A stretch of 63,724 nucleotides of DNA, filler included, from Aduncisulcus paluster (GCA_024181965.1; 42 parts of 42 records of this genome joined end to end with filler, not necessarily neighbours in it); one strand, 5' to 3'. Positions 21,373 through 32,637 are shown, numbered from the whole stretch's first letter. Numbers and translations: made by a program. The notes: generated from the letters alone by a model not told the origin.

Positions 21373-21963
21373 CTAACTCAATACTCCTTAAACTATGCAG
21401 TAAAAAGTAAGATTATGGGTATGGATGCAGCTTTCGTAAAATTGGCAAAGAAATACTACTTGAGCGGACAAGCTAGTTGGGCTGATTCAACTTTAATGGC
21501 ACAAATTCGTGAGAAAGTAATTAAAACACAATTCAATTTACTGGGTATGAAATCGCAAGATTTATTGATGGAAACACCCGAAGGAGAATTTGTTCGTCTT
21601 CACGAAGTTGATGCCAAATACACAGTTCTTTATTTTTGGGAACCAGATTGTGGTCATTGCAAAAAAGTAACTCCCCGTTTAAAAACAGAAATTCTTGATA
21701 AGTACAAAGATAAAGGAATAAAGGTTTTTGCTGTATGCACCCAGGATCAAAAAGAACTATGGGCAGAAGCAATTGATAGCTACGAATTATACGATTTTAT
21801 CAACTGTTACGACCCTCAATTTCAAACCAATTTCCGAATCTATTACGATGTGTACAGTACTCCTATCATCTATTTACTTGATAAGGATAAAAAAATAGTC
21901 GCAAAACGATTAGATGTTGACAATTTAAAAACATTTCTAGATAACGAATTAAAACAAAACTAA
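21373..21963 (+). CDS. TlpA/thioredoxin-like (DUF5106-type) protein C-terminus, Bacteroidota-like
   Basis: FWEPDCGHCKK CxxC motif; YDVYSTPIIYLLDKDKKIVAKRL. Confidence 0.75.
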   Translation, partial: LTQYSLNYAVKSKIMGMDAAFVKLAKKYYLSGQASWADSTLMAQIREKVIKTQFNLLGMKSQDLLMETPEGEFVRLHEVDAKYTVLYFWEPDCGHCKKVTPRLKTEILDKYKDKGIKVFAVCTQDQKELWAEAIDSYELYDFINCYDPQFQTNFRIYYDVYSTPIIYLLDKDKKIVAKRLDVDNLKTFLDNELKQN

Positions 21964-21966
21964 CTC

Positions 21967-21997
21967 AAAGGACACTTTTCAGTGTCCTTTTCTTTTT
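21967..21997 (+). terminator. Rho-independent terminator
   Basis: AAAGGACACT-TTTC-AGTGTCCTTT followed by a T-rich tail. Confidence 0.8.
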
Positions 21998-22080
21998 AAG
22001 CTAACTTGGCAAAGTATCCAAATTCCACTATATTTACACTCCTTCCAAAAGCCAAAATAATAACATTTAATTTCAAATAG

Positions 22081-23030
22081 ATGAGAATCTATCAATTGGC
22101 AATTTGTTGCCTGGCTTTTTTATCTGCGTGTACCACTCAGAAAGAACAAAATTCAAAAATTAACAAAACCTATTTTCAAACTTTTTCGGATTGGCGACCA
22201 GAAATTGACATCAATTCGGATGTGGTAATGGTGTATGGTAATACAAACAATTACCAACAAAAGGCACAAACCTGGAAAGATCGCGGTTACGAAACTCATA
22301 GCATGTTTAGTGCATCCTGGGGAGAGAACAAAGATTTATTGAATGGCGATTTCGATGGACAACCTCATCCTGAAATCATTCAGAAAACAAAAAATGGAGA
22401 GGATGTTTTACATGGAGCTCATATCCCCTACTTCATTCCTAATAAAGCTTACACCAATTATTTTAAATCGTTTATAAAAACAGCAGTTGTTGCTGGAACC
22501 AAAGGATTTTATATCGAAGAACCAGAGATATTTACCCGAGCTGGTTATAGTGAGGCTTTTAAATCGGAATGGAATCGTTTTTTCAATCAGCCATGGCAAG
22601 ATCAGCATTCATCGCCTGAGAACATGTTGAGAACTGGAATTCTAAAAACTCAACTCTATAAAAAACATATAGAAGAGCTGTACAACTACGCGAAAAGTTT
22701 AAATCCTGGCGTTAAATGCTATGTTCCTACCCACTCTATTCTTAACTACAGCCTTTGGAATATCATTAGTCCCGAGATTGAATTTAATAAGCTTGAAAGT
22801 ATCGATGGCTATATTGGACAGGTTTGGACAGGAACTGCGCGAACTCCAATTTATTACAAAGGTAAATATGCCGAACGCACTTTCGAAAATGCATTTTTAG
22901 AATATACCAGTCTATTGGCTCTAACCGATCAGAATAGTAAGGAAATGATCTTTTTAACTGATCCTATTGAAGATGATCCAAACCATACATGGACTGACTA
23001 TAGAGAGAATTATCAGAAAAATTTTGTTGC
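22081..23030 (+). CDS. Uncharacterised lipoprotein, 3'-truncated
   Basis: Lipobox FLSAC; frame open to the contig end. Confidence 0.7.
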
Positions 23031-23130
23031 NNNNNNNNNNNNNNNNNNNNNNNNNNNNNNNNNNNNNNNNNNNNTTAATTAATTAANNNNNNNNNNNNNN
23101 NNNNNNNNNNNNNNNNNNNNNNNNNNNNNN

Positions 23131-23283
23131 TAAAAGGGCATCTGCGCTTAAATGTGTGTCACTTTTAAATAGTACTTTTAAAACATATTCTCTTTGTACA
23201 GAATTGTTCAAACCTAAAGATTTCATCGTATCTTTAAACTTTAACATAAATTCATCATAAGATATGGTCAAATCTTTTTTCAT
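23131..23283 (-). CDS. Fur family transcriptional regulator, N-terminal fragment
   Basis: GLNNSVQREYVLKVLFKSDTHLSADAL matches the Fur N-terminal pattern; GGAG RBS. Confidence 0.8.
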
Positions 23284-23355
23284 ACAGTTCTCCAACTAAT
23301 TATAATAACTATTATCATAATATTAGCAGATATAAACTTGATTGAGTCTTAAAAA

Positions 23356-23370
23356 TGATAATTATTATCA
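23356..23370. promoter_or_regulatory. Fur box (7-1-7)
   Basis: TGATAAT-T-ATTATCA perfect 7-1-7; a second degenerate copy TAATAACTATTATCA at 23303-23317. Confidence 0.75.
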
Positions 23371-23396
23371 TATAATAAAACTAACTTATATCACCT

Positions 23397-24737
23397 CTAG
23401 TTTACCTTATGATCAAACTCAGGCACAATCTTTTTGAGTTTTTTTATCTTATTTTTTGTATGAAGTAGCTCTTCTATATCATGGTTTAATTCTTTGATAT
23501 CATAATCTGTACGACCAGCTACTGTTATAGACTCGTATTGAGTTTTTGTATCACTATCGTTTATGAGGAGTTCTTCATAGAGTTTTTCCCCTGGTCGAAG
23601 TCCACTAAACTCTATTTGTATCTCATCTCGTCCACTTAACTCAATCATTTTTTTAGCCAGATCAACTATTTTGATAGGTTCGCCCATATCTAGTATAAAT
23701 ATCTCTCCACCTTTCCCTAGGCTACTTGTTTGAAGAACCAGTTCACAAGCTTCAGGTATGAGCATAAAATATCTTGTGATATCAGGATGTGTCACTGTGA
23801 TGTTTTTGCCAGCTTCTATTTGCGCTTTGAACTTAGGTATCACACTTCCACTACTTCCCAAAACATTCCCAAACCGTACAGCCACTATTTCGGTGCTTTT
23901 AGAAACTACATTTTGAGCATAAAGTTCACAAATTCTTTTTGTTGTTCCCATCACATTTGTTGGTCGTACCGCTTTATCTGTAGAGATGAGTACAAATTTT
24001 TCTACTTTGTACTTGATAGCGCAATCTATTGTATTTTTAGTTCCTTGGATATTGTTTACTATCGCTTCTTGAATATTGTCCTCAACAAGTGGCACATGTT
24101 TGTATGCTGCTGCGTGTATCACAATATCAGGTTTGTACTTTTCAAAAGTTTTTTCCAAAAGCTTCAAGTTTGAAACTGACTGCATCACAAGATGTGGTTC
24201 ATACGAGGCTAACTCCTCAGCTATTTGGTATAGGTTAAATTCACTATGATCTAAAAGTATCAGTTCACTTGCCCCAAAGTTTGCACACTGTCTTGATATC
24301 TCACTTCCTATACTTCCCCCAGCACCTGTTATGAGTACTTTTTTATCTCTTATAAATTTTTTGATAGCTTTTTTATCTAAATCTTTAGGATGTCTTGCAA
24401 GAAGATCTTCTACTGATATATCTTTTAATTGTGAAGAAAAGTTTTTATCATCCAAAATCTCTTCAAGAGTTGGCAATATTTTTATCTGTTTGAAGTATGG
24501 ATTGAGGTTTTCATGTATCTGTTTGATTCTTTGTTTTGTAGCACTTGGCATAGCTACTATTAAAAGGTCATATTTTGTATCGTGTGAGCTTTTCTCTTTG
24601 AGTTGTTGTTTGGAGATGATTTTTATACCATCGATACTTCTCCCTTGAAGAATCTTATCATCATCTAAAAAATACTTCACTTTGTATTCACTATTTCTAA
24701 ACTCATCTTCAAGCTTATTTCCAGCTTTTCCAGCTCC
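23397..24737 (-). CDS. pglF: UDP-GlcNAc 4,6-dehydratase (PglF/CapD family), 5'-truncated
   Basis: ITGAGGSIGSE; HAAAYKHVP; STDKAVRPTNVMG; VRFGNVLGSSGSV; GLRPGEKLYEE. Confidence 0.85.
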   Translation of the reverse strand, partial: GAGKAGNKLEDEFRNSEYKVKYFLDDDKILQGRSIDGIKIISKQQLKEKSSHDTKYDLLIVAMPSATKQRIKQIHENLNPYFKQIKILPTLEEILDDKNFSSQLKDISVEDLLARHPKDLDKKAIKKFIRDKKVLITGAGGSIGSEISRQCANFGASELILLDHSEFNLYQIAEELASYEPHLVMQSVSNLKLLEKTFEKYKPDIVIHAAAYKHVPLVEDNIQEAIVNNIQGTKNTIDCAIKYKVEKFVLISTDKAVRPTNVMGTTKRICELYAQNVVSKSTEIVAVRFGNVLGSSGSVIPKFKAQIEAGKNITVTHPDITRYFMLIPEACELVLQTSSLGKGGEIFILDMGEPIKIVDLAKKMIELSGRDEIQIEFSGLRPGEKLYEELLINDSDTKTQYESITVAGRTDYDIKELNHDIEELLHTKNKIKKLKKIVPEFDHKVN

Positions 24738-24837
24738 NNNNNNNNNNNNNNNNNNNNNNNNNNNNNNNNNNNNNNNNNNNNTTAATTAATTAANNNNNNN
24801 NNNNNNNNNNNNNNNNNNNNNNNNNNNNNNNNNNNNN

Positions 24838-25615
24838 CAGAGTCTGCGTTCTTTTGATTATTCTCTGCGTCAATAATGTTGACGTCCATTTCAGCGGCTT
24901 CCTTTTCTCTTTTGTCAAAGAGGTAGTTTGAATAAGCCTCTGCCTTTTCTATATCATCTTCTAAAATGAAATCAACGCCTAGAACAACTTCACCTACTGA
25001 ACTGTTTTCAATGGGTTCCGAAATAGAATAGTACATGAATTCTTTAAAGGCATCCAAATACTCTTCTTCATAGTGGCCGCTTTCAATGGCACCTTGATAC
25101 CAAGGGCGCTCCGTTGGTTTATAGCCTTCTGGTAACGGTTCTTGTGGTGTCATAAAAAATGTATTGTCTTCAAAGGCCAGATAGGCATAGGCGATCGAGT
25201 CGCTTTGCACCTTTTCGAGGGCCTCCTTAATGGCTTCTTTGCTGTCTAGGCCTTCGAATTGTTTTTTCATCTCTAAAAATGTTTGGTTATGAGTCGCTTT
25301 TACCTCTATGTATTCCACTGCGAGCTGCTGACCAAGCGCCTCACTCTTTTTCGTTTCATCTTCTATTGTACTTGGATTTGGTTCTCCAATATCCATGGTA
25401 GGCGCCGCTTCCTGACTTTCAGGTGCACTGCATCCTGTTGCTACGACTGCGGCAATAACACATACAGCCGCGCATTTTAGAGCTCTATGAGGCCTTTTTG
25501 CACCCTGTCTGCTTTGCGTTCCCATTTCAAGTTGATCTTGATTGGCAGAAGTCAAATTTTGCTCTGTATTTTCATCTCTTTTTTTGTTTCTGCCTTCGAA
25601 TCTTGAACCGGTCAT
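24838..25615 (-). CDS. Putative lipoprotein with Cache/PDC sensor domain, 3'-truncated (Bacillota-like)
   Basis: Hydrophobic segment ending VATGC; YAYLAFEDNTFF...LPEGYKPTERPWYQGA...YLDA...ISEPI...VLGVDF is a Cache signature. Confidence 0.6.
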
Positions 25616-25844
25616 ATTATGATCCCCCTTGTCATGCTATAGTTACCAATATGGTCTCCCATCTAAAAAGTCCAAATTTTCACACCCTTATATATTTTAC
25701 ATCAGCACAAACATATTTTCCCTCATATAAAAGAGATGTTATCAACATTTAACATTTTAGATTGTTAAACTGTTTTAAGTGTCCGAAAATCGGTTTTTCA
25801 TTGAGGACTGCTTCCTATGTTTTGCAAAGAAATAGGAACAAAAT

Positions 25845-25897
25845 AAGGGACTCTCAAGTGACCTATACCTACCAGGCCACTGAAGAATCCCTTTTTT
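25845..25897. terminator. Long imperfect hairpin, probable terminator after the RDD gene
   Basis: AAGGGA..AGTGACCT / AGGCCACT..TCCCTT pairing flanked by A/T runs. Confidence 0.5.
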
Positions 25898-25940
25898 ATA
25901 TTCATTTTGGTTGTTTCATCAAGGCTCGAAAACCTTGTCC

Positions 25941-26060
25941 CTACTTGGCTTTTTTATGATCAGGAGAATTTCTGTACATGAGAATATCTGTCACATTCGA
26001 GTGATCACAGCAGTCTCGGTCAACGACAACAGTGCCTGCAAAAATATCATGAAGCCCTTG
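25941..26060 (-). CDS. RDD family protein C-terminus
   Basis: Manual translation QGLHDIFAGTVVV...KKAK*. Confidence 0.7.
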   Translation of the reverse strand, partial: QGLHDIFAGTVVVDRDCCDHSNVTDILMYRNSPDHKKAK

Positions 26061-26160
26061 NNNNNNNNNNNNNNNNNNNNNNNNNNNNNNNNNNNNNNNN
26101 NNNNTTAATTAATTAANNNNNNNNNNNNNNNNNNNNNNNNNNNNNNNNNNNNNNNNNNNN

Positions 26161-26654
26161 CAAATAAAGATATGTTAAAAATAATGAATCGAAGAAATAA
26201 AGTGAAAAGTGATTTAGAGCTTTTTGAACTTTTAGCATCAAAGGGATATGCTTTAGGAACAGATTTTATTGTAGGACATCCAGGTGAGACAGATGAATTG
26301 TGGAAAGATGCTATGCAAAATATTGATAGATTTCCACTTACACATATTCATAGTTTTACATATTCTCCTAGAGATGGAACTCCTAGTGCAAAAATGGGTC
26401 CTTTGATAAATGGAAATATCGCAAAACAAAGACTACGGGAATTGGAAAATAAAATATTAGAAAAAAACTTGCTTTTCAGACAAAATCATAAACCTTTAGA
26501 GGTTTTAATCGAATCGAAAAAAGATGGTATCTACACAGGTTATGATCAGTTTTTTAATGCTATTGAGGTGCAAAGTGATACAGACTTAGTAGGTGATTGG
26601 ATAAATATAGAAAATTATGAAATACTGGAGAATAAAAATGTTTCCAAATTCTAA
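26161..26654 (+). CDS. mtaB: tRNA methylthiotransferase, 5'-truncated
   Basis: [26 protein letters not shown]. Confidence 0.85.
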
Positions 26655-27279
26655 AAAAAATGATACTAAAAAAGAAATTAAATCGAATGGTTCAAATATA
26701 GATAAAAATTTAAAACTCATGAGTATATCTGCTATTGTATTAATAGTATTATTCTTATACACTGTTACAAAATCTGATAATGTGATACATGGAACTAGTT
26801 ATTATGTTGGAGTAGGGTTTTTATTTGTTTTATTGATTTTGACTTTTGCTTTACAAAAGTATAAAGATAGAATCCGTGGATTAATTCCAAAAAATAAATT
26901 TAGTTCAGAACTTGAAATAGCACATGAAATAGCACAAAATAATGACTCAACAACTATCAAACAAAAAGAAGAGAGTACTCACATCTCTGCAACAACTTCA
27001 AATCTTACTTTTAAAGATGTTGCTGGAATTAGTGAGATAAAAGAGGAGTTAGAAGAGGTTGTAGACTTTTTAAATAATCCTAAAAAATATCAAAAATATG
27101 GAGTGTCTCTTCCAAGAGGTGTTTTACTTGTAGGTCCTCCTGGTGTGGGAAAAACACTTATTGCAAAAGCTGTTGCAGGTGAAGCAGAGGTTCCATTTTT
27201 TTATCAAAGTGGAGCAAGTTTTGTTCATATTTATGTGGGAATGGGAGCTAAAAGAGTACGAGAACTTTTTTCGGTTGCT
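26638..27279 (+). CDS. FtsH-like membrane AAA+ ATPase, 3'-truncated
   Basis: Two TM helices; [46 protein letters not shown]. Confidence 0.85.
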
Positions 27280-27379
27280 NNNNNNNNNNNNNNNNNNNNN
27301 NNNNNNNNNNNNNNNNNNNNNNNTTAATTAATTAANNNNNNNNNNNNNNNNNNNNNNNNNNNNNNNNNNNNNNNNNNNN

Positions 27380-28250
27380 TTTTCTTTTTAAGAATAACAT
27401 ATTGAAAAAAGAAAATTACAGCAAGGATTGGAAGAACATCTTTAACAACTGCAAGAATACCCAATGTGATTGATTCAATTGAAATCGTTGTAGTTTCTGA
27501 AACAGTTGCCTCAACAACAATTTTCGCAACTTCTGTTGCATCAACAAAAGTATATACATATATCCCATATACTTGAACAAAAATCATAGGAGTAAGTGAA
27601 GCAAAAGCTATAAGACCAAAACCATCGATTACTGGGTTTCTCCCTTTTATAGTAGAAGCAAGACCAATACCAAGTGCTGCAACTAAAGGAACAGTAACTG
27701 TTGAGGTTGTAACCCCACCTAAATCATAAGCTAATCCAATAATTTCAGGTGGAGCAAGAAAAGTTACTGAAACTACTGTAATATATCCAGCGATGATATA
27801 GTAATGTATTGGATGCCCTTTAATAATTCTAAAGACACCCAATAAAATAGCAAAACCAACAGAACCTGCTACAACAAATCGAAGTGTATCTGCATCAATT
27901 CTACCACTACTAATACTTGCAGCTTTATCTGCAATAACTGCCAATGCAGGTTCTGCTACAGTTGTACCAAATCCAATCATAAAACCAAATATTAAAATCC
28001 ACATAGTGGAACCACTTTTAGCGAAATCTCGTGCAAGACCTTCACCTACAGGAAAAATCCCTATCTCTAAACCTTGGAGAAAAATAGCAAGCCCTATACC
28101 TACTATTATCATTCCAATTGTTGTAGCAATCCAATCAGATGGTACAGCTTGAATAATAATAAGCTGAAAAAATAAAATTACTAAAACAATAGGAATTAAA
28201 TCTCTAAACGACTCTTTTAATAGACGCAAGAAAAAATAAAATTGTGTCAT
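27380..28250 (-). CDS. DUF1538 family membrane protein, 3'-truncated
   Basis: [37 protein letters not shown]. Confidence 0.85.
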
Positions 28251-28318
28251 TGAATTCCTTTTTAATTTAAATCATAATTATTATAACAAAATTAATCTCA
28301 GAGTTTAATTTTATTTTT

Positions 28319-28766
28319 TTATTTGTTCCTATTTAGTAATAATGTAAATCTTTTTAAATCATCGGCTTTACCTAAAAGTACTAATGTGTCGCCTTCATCT
28401 ATTTTATGTGCAATACCTTGTGAGTAAAAGATAAGTTTATCGTGAATCTCTTTATCTAATATGCCTAATAAAATCAAATTATTTTCTTCTATAATATTTG
28501 TATTTTTTAAAAATACATTATTTAAAATTGAAGATTTTTCAATAGTGATTTCAGAAATTTCTATATTTGACTCATTGAATAAAATATTGTCTAAGATGTC
28601 TAAAATATAAGGCTTATGCAAAAGGCGAAAAATTCGCAAGGCGCCTATCTCATAAGGATTGATGATTTTACTTGCACCTGCTAATAGCATTGTTTTGTTA
28701 TCTTTTGTTGCAAATGAAACAGAGATTATTTTTAAATCTTTATATAAGTTTCTGACACTTAAAGTT
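28319..28766 (-). CDS. TrkA/RCK-domain protein, C-terminal fragment
   Basis: LAGASKIINPYEIGA; RCK_C-like IDEGDTLVLLG. Confidence 0.7.
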
Positions 28767-28866
28767 NNNNNNNNNNNNNNNNNNNNNNNNNNNNNNNNNN
28801 NNNNNNNNNNTTAATTAATTAANNNNNNNNNNNNNNNNNNNNNNNNNNNNNNNNNNNNNNNNNNNN

Positions 28867-29190
28867 AGAGATATGGAACAAGATAACTTAAATGCAAATA
28901 TCAGTAAAGACACCACAAAATACAAAATATCTTTCAACAAAAACTTTCTAAAAGACTATGACTTGACAATAGGATATCAAACTGAAATATATCATTATAA
29001 AGAAAAACTTTCATTTGCACCAGAACTCAGAAAAGACCATAAAAAAACTTTTACATCAAAACTAAGTTATACCTTGGACAAAAAACAGATGATAGCTTTA
29101 GAGTATATAAATGTCAACAATAAAACAAACGATGAAAACTATTTATACAAAAAACAGAGTGTAAACCTAAACTACACTATACTATTTTAA
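28867..29190 (+). CDS. Outer-membrane beta-barrel protein C-terminus
   Basis: Amphipathic strands; ends YKKQSVNLNYTILF with a terminal Phe. Confidence 0.55.
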   Translation, partial: RDMEQDNLNANISKDTTKYKISFNKNFLKDYDLTIGYQTEIYHYKEKLSFAPELRKDHKKTFTSKLSYTLDKKQMIALEYINVNNKTNDENYLYKKQSVNLNYTILF

Positions 29191-29204
29191 AGAAAGGATA
29201 AAAG

Positions 29205-30105
29205 ATGAAAATTATATTACTAAGTTTACTACTTTTTGTATCGACACTTTTTGGAAATGTAGGTAAAATAACCGCATTGAGTGGTGATGTTTCACTTACA
29301 AGAGACTCAAAAAATATAGCAGCAAAAATTGGAACTATCATCAATGAAAAAGATCTTATTTCTACAGCAAAAAATGCTAGAGCACAGCTTGTTTTTACAG
29401 ATAAGACTATCATATCTTTAGGGAAAAATTCTACTTTTGATGTAGAAGAATATTTTTTCGATGAGCAAAAACCAGCTAAAACAAAAGCATCTTTTAAAGT
29501 TGCAAAAGGGGTATTTAAATCTATTACTGGAAGAATAGGTAAAATAAACCCTTCAAAATTTAAACTCAAAACAAAATCAGCATCGATAGGGATTCGTGGA
29601 ACTGTATTTTTTGGTGAGATTGCAGATGGAAAACCTGACACAATTGCGTGTACATCGGGTGCTATTGTTGTAGAAACTCCTGAGGGTATAGTAGAAGTAC
29701 TCGCGGGTCAATTCACTTCTATAGAGATAGGAAAAGTACCAACTCCACCAGCAACTATTCCGCCAGCTAAGGCAAAAAAACTAGAGCAAAGTTCTGGTGC
29801 AGATAAAAATCAACAAGACTCAGGAGAGGGTCAAGGTACAGCACCTACAAAAACTCCAGCTTCGAAACCAAGTATAACAGTACCAAATGCACTATCAGAA
29901 GCTGTAAGAACAGCAAAAGATGCAAAAAATTCAAAAGAAGATAGTAAAAAACAAGATGAAACTTTAAAAAATGCAGATTCAGATAGTACAAATTCTGGCA
30001 TAGATACACCTAATCCTGACAATACTGATGGCAACACACCTGACCCTAACAATCCAGATAATACTGGTGGAAACACACCTGACCCTAACAATCCAGATAA
30101 TACTG
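29205..30105 (+). CDS. Secreted FecR-domain protein with low-complexity repeat linker, 3'-truncated
   Basis: Signal peptide; AQLVFTDKTIISLGKNS; FKLKTKSASIGIRGT FecR motif. Confidence 0.8.
30033..30105 (+). repeat. 39-bp coding tandem repeat (NTPDPNNPDNTGG), truncated by the contig end
   Basis: AACACACCTGACCCTAACAATCCAGATAATACTGGTGGA at 30033, repeated at 30072; a degenerate copy precedes it. Confidence 0.9.
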
Positions 30106-30205
30106 NNNNNNNNNNNNNNNNNNNNNNNNNNNNNNNNNNNNNNNNNNNNTTAATTAATTAANNNNNNNNNNNNNNNNNNNNNNNNNNNNNNNNNNNNNNN
30201 NNNNN

Positions 30206-30759
30206 CTTGTAACATTCCCGAGTATTGGAATGACTTAAAAAGACTTACCAATGTATTAAATAAGCAACTCCCTCATACAATACAAATTCGGAATATACAA
30301 AAAGTTGATAGAAACTTTCATGCAAGATTCAGTGCTATAAAAAGGGAATATCGATATCTTATTACGAAAAAGAAACTTTCTGTTTTTAATAGTAATTATA
30401 TTAGTCACTATAATAATATTGATGAAGAAAAAATAAAAGAAGCAATTTCATATTTTATAGGAATTCATGATTTTGAGTTTTTTAGTAAAAAGGGCAGTGA
30501 TCCTGTTTCAACAGTTAGAGAAATTTATAATATTCGATTTTATAAATACAAAGATATCTATGTTTTAAATTTTCAAGCAAACTCTTATTTGAGAAGTCAA
30601 ATTAGAATGATAGTTGATTTTATAATGAAAATCTCTAGTGGGAAATTAACTATTAAACAGTTACAAGAGCAGTTAAATAAGAAGAAACTAATATCATGGA
30701 CATTAGCTCCTGCAAATGGACTGTATTTGAGTAAAATACTTTATAAAGAAACCTTATAA
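30206..30759 (+). CDS. truA: tRNA pseudouridine(38-40) synthase, 5'-truncated (absent from the ORF track)
   Basis: Manual translation FHARFSAIKREYRY...GIHDFEFFSK...ANSYLRSQIRM...LAPANGLYLSKI. Confidence 0.9.
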
Positions 30760-31391
30760 TCTTTCAGGCATTTCATCTTTAAATGCAATTCTTTCAGCAT
30801 TTTTCAAAATATCTAAAGCACCTTTTTCAATCATTTTTTCTGCTAGATTTAAACCTAAATTTTCATAAGATTCTATTGATGTAGTAATAGAATCTTGAAG
30901 TATATTTGTACCGTTTGGATAACCAATCATTGTCTGTAAAGTAATAGTATCTCCATTAATTGTCGCATTACAAGCAACAGGGGCAGAACATCCTGCTCCA
31001 ATCTTTGCAATAAAATCTCGTTCACATTTTGTACAAATGAATGTATTCTCATCATTTACACTCATTGCTATTTTTTTCAGTTTACTATTCCCAGAAACAA
31101 TTTCTAAACCTAAAGCTGCCTGACCCATGGGAGGGATCATTTTATCTAATGGCAATTTTTGTGTAAAAGGGATCTCTTTTAATAAATCAAGTCTTGATAA
31201 CCCAATCCAAGCTAAAATTATTGCATCATATTGACCCTCTTCTAATTTCCGCAATCGAGTATTTACATTTCCTCTTAAGTCCTTAATTTTTAAATCAGGT
31301 CTTTGTTTTAATAGTTGCATTCGTCTTCGTAAACTTGTAGTTCCAACTATTGCTCCTTTTGGTAAGCTTTCCAAAGATTCATATTTATGAG
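30754..31391 (-). CDS. hemC: Hydroxymethylbilane synthase, 5'-truncated
   Basis: VGTTSLRR; LRGNVNTRL; GQAALG; GAGCSAPV. Confidence 0.95.
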
Positions 31392-31491
31392 NNNNNNNNN
31401 NNNNNNNNNNNNNNNNNNNNNNNNNNNNNNNNNNNTTAATTAATTAANNNNNNNNNNNNNNNNNNNNNNNNNNNNNNNNNNNNNNNNNNNN

Positions 31492-31846
31492 AATCGCTGC
31501 CGTTTAAATCCGGTCGATAAGGGTGGATAATCATTTTTGGACTTGAAGTAATGATCCAAAAGTAATCTTTTTGTTCCTGACCATATCTCATCCGACCAAT
31601 TTGCTCTGCGGCTCTTTTTTGAGCTTCTTCCAAAGTTAATGCACCACTTTTATAGTCATCCTGATATTCATTAAGAACACTCCATGCAGCATTGGTTAAT
31701 TCGAGTATCATTTCCTGTTTGCGGTCCATCATGCTTCGTTCAAACATTGGAATCATAATGGCATAAAATGATACAATAAACATCGTAATTGCTACAAATG
31801 TTGGAACTACAATGCTATAGATAAATTTATTTGATTTTTGATTCAT
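31492..31846 (-). CDS. Single-Cache domain sensor protein, N-terminal fragment
   Basis: TM helix then LEEAQKRA...MRYG..DYFWI...MIIHPYRPDLNG. Confidence 0.75.
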
Positions 31847-31988
31847 TTCGGTATGGGCACAATTGTTAGTACTGGATAGGCTCTACAATTGGTAAATATA
31901 GCAAAACTAATTATGGAGTGATAATTATTAGTTAGTCTAACTGAAAACTGAGGTGATAAATTTATTGGTTTTCCAAAATATTAAGCTA

Positions 31989-32537
31989 TCAGGTTAAGGG
32001 AAGCCAAATACTAATAGTCGTTCCTTTATTGATTTCACTTTTGACACTTATTTTACCCTTATGTCTTTTAATAAAATCATCAACTAATACTAATCCCAAA
32101 CCTGTTCCTGGCTCTTCGTTGGTGCCTTTTCTTGTTTTTGTTTTATCAAGCTCGAATAAGTTATCCATCGATTTTTTATCCATACCAATGCCAGTATCGG
32201 TAATGTTAATCATTAAAAAATCATATACATTTTGTGTTTCAACAATTACTTTACCACCCAATGGTGTAAATTTTATAGCATTAGAAAGGAGATTACGCAT
32301 GATGGTTTTAAACATATTTTTATCAATTGAAATCTCAGGATTAAAAGAGATATTTTTTACGAGTTCAATATCTTTTGATTTTGCCATTCCGGCAATCAGA
32401 TTCAAACTTGTTTGAATTTCTGTGTTAATGGTAGTTTTTCTTGGTGAGAATTTTATTGCTCCAGATTGAGATCTGGACCATTCAAGAAGGTTCAGTAAGA
32501 GGGTGTAGGCATTTTTAATAGCCGGATTAAGTAATTC
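31989..32537 (-). CDS. Sensor histidine kinase C-terminus (Bacteroidota-like)
   Basis: LLNLLEWSRSQ; RNLLSNAIKF; DTGIG; GTNEEPGTGLGL. Confidence 0.85.
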   Translation of the reverse strand, partial: ELLNPAIKNAYTLLLNLLEWSRSQSGAIKFSPRKTTINTEIQTSLNLIAGMAKSKDIELVKNISFNPEISIDKNMFKTIMRNLLSNAIKFTPLGGKVIVETQNVYDFLMINITDTGIGMDKKSMDNLFELDKTKTRKGTNEEPGTGLGLVLVDDFIKRHKGKISVKSEINKGTTISIWLPLT

Positions 32538-32637
32538 NNNNNNNNNNNNNNNNNNNNNNNNNNNNNNNNNNNNNNNNNNNNTTAATTAATTAANNNNNNN
32601 NNNNNNNNNNNNNNNNNNNNNNNNNNNNNNNNNNNNN

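Noticed and set aside
29177..29641. Long antisense ORFs opposite real genes (also 43422-43796, 51168-51470, 61810-62337)
   Set aside because: Mirror frames of well-supported coding genes, with no RBS or family motifs.
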